A stretch of 29,801 nucleotides of DNA from an uncultured Dehalococcoidales bacterium (GTDB lineage: Bacteria > Chloroflexota > Dehalococcoidia > GIF9 > AB-539-J10), in NCBI GenBank assembly GCA_964592065.1, contig CAZQDF010000001.1, forward strand, positions 1-29,801, in the 5' to 3' direction. A model generated the notes under the pieces. It saw only the letters and a program-made list of their open reading frames with translations. It searched no databases and was not told the DNA's origin. The first letter of the stretch is position 1. Every line of letters begins with the position of its first letter. The position numbers and the translations under genes are program-made. Below, piece by piece: positions 24,286 through 29,801 of this stretch.

Positions 24286-25473
24286 ATGTTTATTGAGAGT
24301 CCGAGGTATACAGAGAGGTTTGGTTCAGTCAGAATGAATCACGTGCAGAAGGTGGTGGCTTTAGACTCAGGGGTAAAAAGCGAGTTGCCTTCCCATGGTG
24401 CCATGGGGATAATAAAAATAGATGAGGAGACGATCAAGCATTTTGAGGACAGAATGGCGATTGTCATCCCAGTCAAAGAAGAGAAGCTCAAGCTCTTTGA
24501 AGGAGTGGTTAGTGGCGTGCCACATGACTGCCTGGTAATAGTTGTTTCGAATAGCCAAATAGAAAAGGTTGACAGATTCAGGATGGAAGGTGATGCTCTA
24601 GCCCAGCTTTGTCGCTTTACCTCTCGCCAGGCTTTGATCGCTCATCAAAAGGATCCGGCTATTGCCGAAGCAGCAATGGAAGCTGGCTATAATGACCTAT
24701 TGGGTGAAGATGGGCTAGTGCGTAATGGTAAGAGCGAAGCTATGGTAATAGGATTGCTTATGGCCAAGGCGTCAGGAAAAGAGTATGTTGGTTTCATTGA
24801 CGCTGATAATTATTTCCCTGGTGCGGTGCTGGAGTATGTGAGGAATTATGCTACTGGTTTTAGCCTAGCTCAATCTCCTTATAGCATGGTAAGAATATTA
24901 TGGCATTATAAGCCCAAGATCTCAGGGGGGGTGTACTTTAAGAAATGGGGAAGGGTATCAGAGATTACCAATAAATACTTGAATAATCTGATATCTTCTA
25001 AAACAGGGTTTGAAACTGATGTGGTTAAAACGGGCAACGCTGGTGAGCATGCTATGAGTATGAAGCTGGCAGAAATTGTACCTTATGCTTCGGGATACGC
25101 TGTGGAACCTCAAGAGTTAGTATCTATATTTGAAAGTTTTGGTGGCATTTTGCCCTCCAGAGAGCATAAGGTGATGGAGCAAGGCGTAGATATATTCCAA
25201 ATTGAGACCAGAAATCCTCATCTACACGAAGAAAAGGGAGAGGAGCACCTTGATGAGATGTTGTTATCTGCAATGAGCACCATTTACCACTCATCTCTTT
25301 GCGATGAAGAATTAAAACAGGCAACTCTGACTGAATTAGTTAATCGAGGAATTCTCAAAGAGGGTGAGGAGCCCCCACCTATTCATATTAATGCTCCGCT
25401 AAAAGAAGTCGATACTAAGAAGTTTATGAGCGCTATACACGACGACTTCGATAGATACCAAGTGTTACATTAA
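24286..25473 (+). CDS. mpgS: Mannosyl-3-phosphoglycerate synthase (GT55)
   Basis: ERFGSVR...QKVVALDSG, AIVIPVK.E, GKSEAM, GFIDADNYFPG, WGRVSE, NAGEHAM, ETRNPHLHE. Confidence 0.93.
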   Translation: MFIESPRYTERFGSVRMNHVQKVVALDSGVKSELPSHGAMGIIKIDEETIKHFEDRMAIVIPVKEEKLKLFEGVVSGVPHDCLVIVVSNSQIEKVDRFRMEGDALAQLCRFTSRQALIAHQKDPAIAEAAMEAGYNDLLGEDGLVRNGKSEAMVIGLLMAKASGKEYVGFIDADNYFPGAVLEYVRNYATGFSLAQSPYSMVRILWHYKPKISGGVYFKKWGRVSEITNKYLNNLISSKTGFETDVVKTGNAGEHAMSMKLAEIVPYASGYAVEPQELVSIFESFGGILPSREHKVMEQGVDIFQIETRNPHLHEEKGEEHLDEMLLSAMSTIYHSSLCDEELKQATLTELVNRGILKEGEEPPPIHINAPLKEVDTKKFMSAIHDDFDRYQVLH

Positions 25474-25575
25474 ACCCAGTGGCCTGTCACGGATTTTTCC
25501 ATAGCAGATTCCACTGAATGACGGGGGTGCTAAGTAAAAGCTTGGAATGTAGAAAATAGAGGATTTTGGGCGCTT

Positions 25576-27756
25576 CTAAGCTTCCGCCATTTCTTTCAGC
25601 AGAAGGTTCACCTCGCTTTGGGAACCAAGATTGAATTTGGCTGCCGAGGCACTGAATCCGACCTTAATTGACCATGCCGTGGTGGGCAGGACTTTGAAAA
25701 TATCCTCATCGGTCCAATCATCACCTATTGCTAATATGAAGTCCCAACCATCTCTCGAAATCCATGGCAAGGCTGCTCGCCCCTTATTTATGCCAGCATT
25801 TTTTACTTCAACTACCTTACTTCCCTCCAGGACCTGAAGGTTGAGATTACCAGTAAGGTTTAGAAGATCATTTACTAGCTCTCTTGCTCGTAGTTCACCT
25901 AGCCGTGGGTCAGCTTTCCTATAATGCCAAGCAAGAGAAAAATCTTTCTCTTCAATGAAGGAGCCTGGAGTCCTATCCACGTATAGCGCACAGATTGGGC
26001 GCATTTCCTCCTTCCAGTCGCTCTTCAACGCTTCTAACATCTCCCACTCCTTGCCTCTTTCCTTAATCCAGGCACCATGTTCAGCTACCAATGCCATATT
26101 TAGATTGCCAAACCATTTCCCTAGAGCATCTTTGTCGCGTCCACTTATGAGCACCACCTCATTTCTAGTGTCCTCAGCGAGCCCTTTAAGCAATTCCAGA
26201 AGCTCGCTGGTTGGTATTGCTTTCTTTGGCTTTTCTGAAAATGGAATAAGCGTGCCATCATAATCCAAGAACAGTAGTCTCTGCTCACCCTTTTGGAAAT
26301 CGCTCATTAACTTCTTTTTCGCCTCATGGTTTAATGTTTTTGTTTCCATCTCTTCCTGAACTTCTCTGGCGCAAAGTAATTTATTCACAAACTCGTCTGC
26401 CCATCGCTTTACATTATAATGCTCAAGGCGTTCCTGCATTATCCTAATACGCCCTACCTGCTCTTCTTCTGGCATAGTTAAAGCTTGTTCTAACGCCTGG
26501 ACAATTTCCTCTTCGTTATTTACATTTATTGTGACTGCCTCTCCTAGTTCCTTCGCTGCCCCAGCTGTCTCACTAAGCACTAAAACCCCTTTGCCTTCTG
26601 TCTTAGTTGCTATGTATTCTTTAGCTATAAGGTTCATTCCATCTCTAATGGGGGTAACCAAGGCAACGTCTGCCATGCTATACATAGCAACAAGAGAATG
26701 AGAAGGTAAAGAGCGATATGAGTACCAAATGGGTGTCCAGCCAATGGATCCATACCTTCCATTGATTGCCCCTACAAGTTCATCTATCTGTTTTTTCAGC
26801 AGAGCATACTGGCCCACTCTTGTACGAGAAGGAACTACGGTTAATATTAGAACTACTTTCCCTCTATACCGTGGCTTTCTTTCCAGAAAGAGGTTAAAAG
26901 CTTCCAATCGCTGAGGAATACCTTTAGTATAATCGAGGCGGTCTATTGACAGGATTATCTTACAGTCTCCCAGTCTCTTGCGAAATTTGCTTATCTGTGT
27001 CCGCACTTTTCGACTCTGTGCGGTGCTAGAGAATTGCTCATAATCTATCCCCATGGGGAATTCATCCGACTTAATTACGCGACTAGCGGTGGTGATTTGC
27101 CCCATAACCGCCTCATAGCCCAACAAGCGATGCACACTGTCAAGAAAGTGCCGTGTATAATCATAGGTATGAAAGCCTACTAGGTCTGCTCCTAAGAGTC
27201 CATCCAAAATTTCCTTACGCCATGGGAGCAAGCGGAATATTTCAAAAGATGGGAAGGGAATATGAAGAAAAAAACCTACTGCTGCCTTTGGTAGCCTCTC
27301 CCTTACAAGCTTTGGGAGTAGCATTAAGTGGTAATCGTGTATCCAAATGATATCACTCTCTTCTGCTACTTCAATAACGGCATCAGAAAAAACTTGGTTA
27401 ACCCGCTCATAGGTTTGCCATAAATCTTTGTTATACACTGCATACTGGGTGAAATAATGAAAAAGGGGCCAGATAGTTTTATTGCAAAATCCATGGTAGT
27501 AGTCTTCAACATCGTGTTCCGAAAAAAAAACAGGGTAGCAACTTTCCGACAGTAATCTTGCTTCTATATCCTTTTCCTCTCCCGCTATCTTTTCCTGAGC
27601 AATTCCAGGCCATCCTATCCAGATGCTGTCACGTGATTTATAGAACGCCCCCAGGCCAGTCGCTAGACCTCCAACGCTAGGGTCAAATTGTAATTTCTTT
27701 TTTCTTTTCTGAATACTAATAGGCAACCGATTTGAAACGATTAGCAATCGAGGCAT
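25576..27756 (-). CDS. otsAB: Bifunctional trehalose-6-phosphate synthase/phosphatase (GT20 + HAD)
   Basis: VSNRLP, HDYHLM, GFFLHIPFP, DRLDYTKG, DGMNLIAKEY; phosphatase FLDYDGTL and AIGDDWTDED. Confidence 0.95.
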   Translation of the reverse strand: MPRLLIVSNRLPISIQKRKKKLQFDPSVGGLATGLGAFYKSRDSIWIGWPGIAQEKIAGEEKDIEARLLSESCYPVFFSEHDVEDYYHGFCNKTIWPLFHYFTQYAVYNKDLWQTYERVNQVFSDAVIEVAEESDIIWIHDYHLMLLPKLVRERLPKAAVGFFLHIPFPSFEIFRLLPWRKEILDGLLGADLVGFHTYDYTRHFLDSVHRLLGYEAVMGQITTASRVIKSDEFPMGIDYEQFSSTAQSRKVRTQISKFRKRLGDCKIILSIDRLDYTKGIPQRLEAFNLFLERKPRYRGKVVLILTVVPSRTRVGQYALLKKQIDELVGAINGRYGSIGWTPIWYSYRSLPSHSLVAMYSMADVALVTPIRDGMNLIAKEYIATKTEGKGVLVLSETAGAAKELGEAVTINVNNEEEIVQALEQALTMPEEEQVGRIRIMQERLEHYNVKRWADEFVNKLLCAREVQEEMETKTLNHEAKKKLMSDFQKGEQRLLFLDYDGTLIPFSEKPKKAIPTSELLELLKGLAEDTRNEVVLISGRDKDALGKWFGNLNMALVAEHGAWIKERGKEWEMLEALKSDWKEEMRPICALYVDRTPGSFIEEKDFSLAWHYRKADPRLGELRARELVNDLLNLTGNLNLQVLEGSKVVEVKNAGINKGRAALPWISRDGWDFILAIGDDWTDEDIFKVLPTTAWSIKVGFSASAAKFNLGSQSEVNLLLKEMAEA

Positions 27757-27899
27757 GATGTTTTATACTCCTTAAATAAGATACCTCATTTAGCCAATTG
27801 TACTGCATACTTGTATTTCACTCAACTTAAAAAGCTTGTCCAGCTATACTCAATGCCCTTACTCGTCAGCTCCCAACAGTTGACGACCTCGCGCTTTGA

Positions 27900-27928
27900 T
27901 TGAGTTCGTTGGCCTCGAGTGCTATAAT
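27900..27928 (+). promoter_or_regulatory. sigma70-type promoter upstream of pgi/pmi
   Basis: TTGAGT-N17-TATAAT with extended -10 TG at 27920-27921. Confidence 0.55.
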
Positions 27929-28044
27929 GCTTGCAAGCAAGTTTTCTCATTTGCTTTTAAATAGATGGTTCACTTCGTTTTTCCCATTACAGAGGGTGCC
28001 TTCTGCATCTATCCGAAGTTGATAGATTTGCCCAAGGGGGAAAG

Positions 28045-29157
28045 TTGGTAGCACGTGGAAGGAAGAGGTCGGGGTTAGCAATAGTTGACCTAGACAATCT
28101 TCAAATTTACAGGCAGCTTGATACATCAGGGATGCTTAACCATCTGCACAAGTTCCCTGAGCAATGCAAGCGAGCCTGGGAAAAGGTTTTGAAGTTTGAT
28201 CTACCCAGAGAATATGCTCAAATAGATAAGGTTATTATCTTGGGAATGGGTGGCTCTGCTATTGGTGGAGAGATGGTACGCCGCCTTGCTTTGGCTGAAA
28301 GCGAAGCGCCTGTCTGGGTGCATCGAGATTATGGCTTGCCTCCATTTGTTGATGAGGACACTTTGGTTATCGCCTCAAGTTACTCTGGAAACACTGAGGA
28401 AACCCTTTACGCCTTCACGGAATCACTCAAAACCCCGGCTAAAAAGCTTGTTCTCACTACAGGCGGTAAGCTTAAGCATCTGGCTGAGAAAGAAGGCATC
28501 CCTATTTTTGCTATAGATTACCAAGCTCCTCCAAGAGCGGCTTTCTCTCATAGTTTCATCCCCTTGGTCGGCATTTTTCAAAAACTTAGTTTGCTCAGAG
28601 ACAAATCAGAGAACTTGCAAGAAGCATTACAGGTATTGAACAAGCTATCCGGGGAGCTCGTTGAAACCTCCCTTCTAGTTTCTAATTCGGCAAAGCAATT
28701 AGCTACTAAACTGTGGGGGCATGTAGCAATAATTTATGGGGCAGAGATACTCTCAGAGGTAGCTCAACGCTGGAAGGGCCAGCTTAACGAGACTGGCAAG
28801 ACATGGGCTTTCTTTGAACTTTTCCCTGAACTCAACCACAATGCAGTGGTAGGTTATGAATTTCCCTCCGAGGCAAAGGAAAGAATTTTTGTGGTTTTGT
28901 TGCGTTCCCGCTTGTTTCATCCCCGAAACCTGATTCGCTATGAGGCTACAGCTAAGCTACTGGCCAAAGCAGGAGTCACTTATGAATTCGTGGAAGCCTC
29001 AGGAGAAAGCGCCCTAGCCCAGGTGATAAGCCTAGTTTTTTGGGGAGATTATCTCAGCTTCTATCTAGCGATATTAAATAGGATTGACCCTACGCCGGTA
29101 GATTCTATAAACTTTGTTAAGGAATACCTTGCTCAGTTTATGGCTGTAAGTGGTTAA
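28045..29157 (+). CDS. Bifunctional phosphoglucose/phosphomannose isomerase (SIS fold); start uncertain, may be ~12 codons downstream
   Basis: GMGGSAIGG, SSYSGNTEET, PPRAA, WKGQLNE, PELNHN. Confidence 0.9.
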   Translation: MVARGRKRSGLAIVDLDNLQIYRQLDTSGMLNHLHKFPEQCKRAWEKVLKFDLPREYAQIDKVIILGMGGSAIGGEMVRRLALAESEAPVWVHRDYGLPPFVDEDTLVIASSYSGNTEETLYAFTESLKTPAKKLVLTTGGKLKHLAEKEGIPIFAIDYQAPPRAAFSHSFIPLVGIFQKLSLLRDKSENLQEALQVLNKLSGELVETSLLVSNSAKQLATKLWGHVAIIYGAEILSEVAQRWKGQLNETGKTWAFFELFPELNHNAVVGYEFPSEAKERIFVVLLRSRLFHPRNLIRYEATAKLLAKAGVTYEFVEASGESALAQVISLVFWGDYLSFYLAILNRIDPTPVDSINFVKEYLAQFMAVSG

Positions 29158-29248
29158 ACCCAAGCAAAATACTGGAGTCGGCTTCGCAAACTAGAGAGGT
29201 TGAACCACGAATAGGCCGTATCATGTGAAAGGTATGGCAGGACTGCTA

Positions 29249-29801
29249 ATGAAAGCATTGATCTTGTGTGGTGGCAAGGGAACAAGGCTCAGGCCTCTCA
29301 CACATACTACGGCAAAGCACCTCTTGCCTGTTGCTAACAAGCCAATCCTATTTTACATTTTGGAGTATATTAGAGCGGCTGACATTACCCATATCGGCAT
29401 CGTCATCTCTCCGGAGACAGGTAACCAGATAAAAGAAGCTGTGGGTGATGGTTCAAAATGGGGTGCTCAAGTCACCTATATTGTCCAATTAGAGCCGCTT
29501 GGTCTAGCCCATGCTGTAAAGGAGGCCCAGGGTTTCCTCAGCGATTCCCGTTTCCTCATGCTCCTAGGCGATAACCTTATTGAGGGTGGTGTCACGGAAT
29601 TTATCGGCCAGTTTAACACTTACGCCCCAGATGCTCTTATCCTTCTCAAAGAAGTGCCCGATCCTGAAGCTTTCGGGATAGCTGAGCTTAGCGAAAGGGG
29701 CGAAGTGATTCGTGTGGCCGAGAAACCCAAAGAGCCAAAAAGCAATCTTGCTCTAGCGGGGATATATCTTTTCACTCCTGAAATTCATAAGGCGATAGCC
29801 C
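29249..29801 (+). CDS. Sugar-1-phosphate nucleotidyltransferase (glucose-1-P thymidylyltransferase-like), 3' truncated; not in the ORF track
   Basis: [34 protein letters not shown]...PLGLAHA...LGDNL...[16 protein letters not shown], open to the window end. An in-frame alternative ATG is at 29234. Confidence 0.9.
   Translation, partial: MKALILCGGKGTRLRPLTHTTAKHLLPVANKPILFYILEYIRAADITHIGIVISPETGNQIKEAVGDGSKWGAQVTYIVQLEPLGLAHAVKEAQGFLSDSRFLMLLGDNLIEGGVTEFIGQFNTYAPDALILLKEVPDPEAFGIAELSERGEVIRVAEKPKEPKSNLALAGIYLFTPEIHKAIA

Noticed and set aside
180-28516. Many 60-120 aa ORFs in the track overlapping the large genes (e.g. 918..1112, 3955..4215, 6571..6762, 14055..14396, 22786..23097, 25955..26263)
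   Set aside because: Opposite-strand or alternate-frame shadows of well-supported genes, with no SD or recognisable motifs.

Overview
29.8 kb of bacterial chromosome, most likely Chloroflexota/Dehalococcoidia (inferred from gene content and order, not from a database search). The left two thirds is a mostly minus-strand housekeeping run: holA, mscS, alaS, ruvX, aroE, sppA, aroC, hicAB, aroK-aroB fusion, a C_GCAxxG_C_C protein, aspS, tig and clpP, with a small plus-strand accessory block between hicB and aroKB. The right third is a compatible-solute/sugar cluster: GH38 alpha-mannosidase-like protein, MPG phosphatase, MPG synthase, fused trehalose-6-P synthase/phosphatase, PGI/PMI and a partial sugar-1-P nucleotidyltransferase. 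Main signals beyond routine annotation: (1) a family of nested, REP/RPE-like short palindromic elements (TGTCATTGCGAG...GCAATC, CATTCTGAG...CGAAGAATCTC, CCTTCG...CTCAGG) inserted in frame in aroKB, aroC, ruvX and the aspS C-terminus, plus intergenic remnants; (2) a GH38 protein translationally coupled to mpgP that keeps the nucleophile Asp but appears to have Gly at the general acid/base position; (3) a self-contained unit (consensus promoter, strong SD, 16-codon Pro/Lys-rich ORF, 14-bp terminator) divergent from a winged-helix regulator; (4) a ~100-aa insertion in AlaS; (5) a PKD-DUF4352 lipoprotein split by one in-frame TAG; (6) two unannotated candidates, a 54-aa membrane protein coupled to clpP and a structured RNA between mscS and holA. 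No rRNA, tRNA, CRISPR array, transposase or integrase was recognised. All assignments are by eye from motifs.
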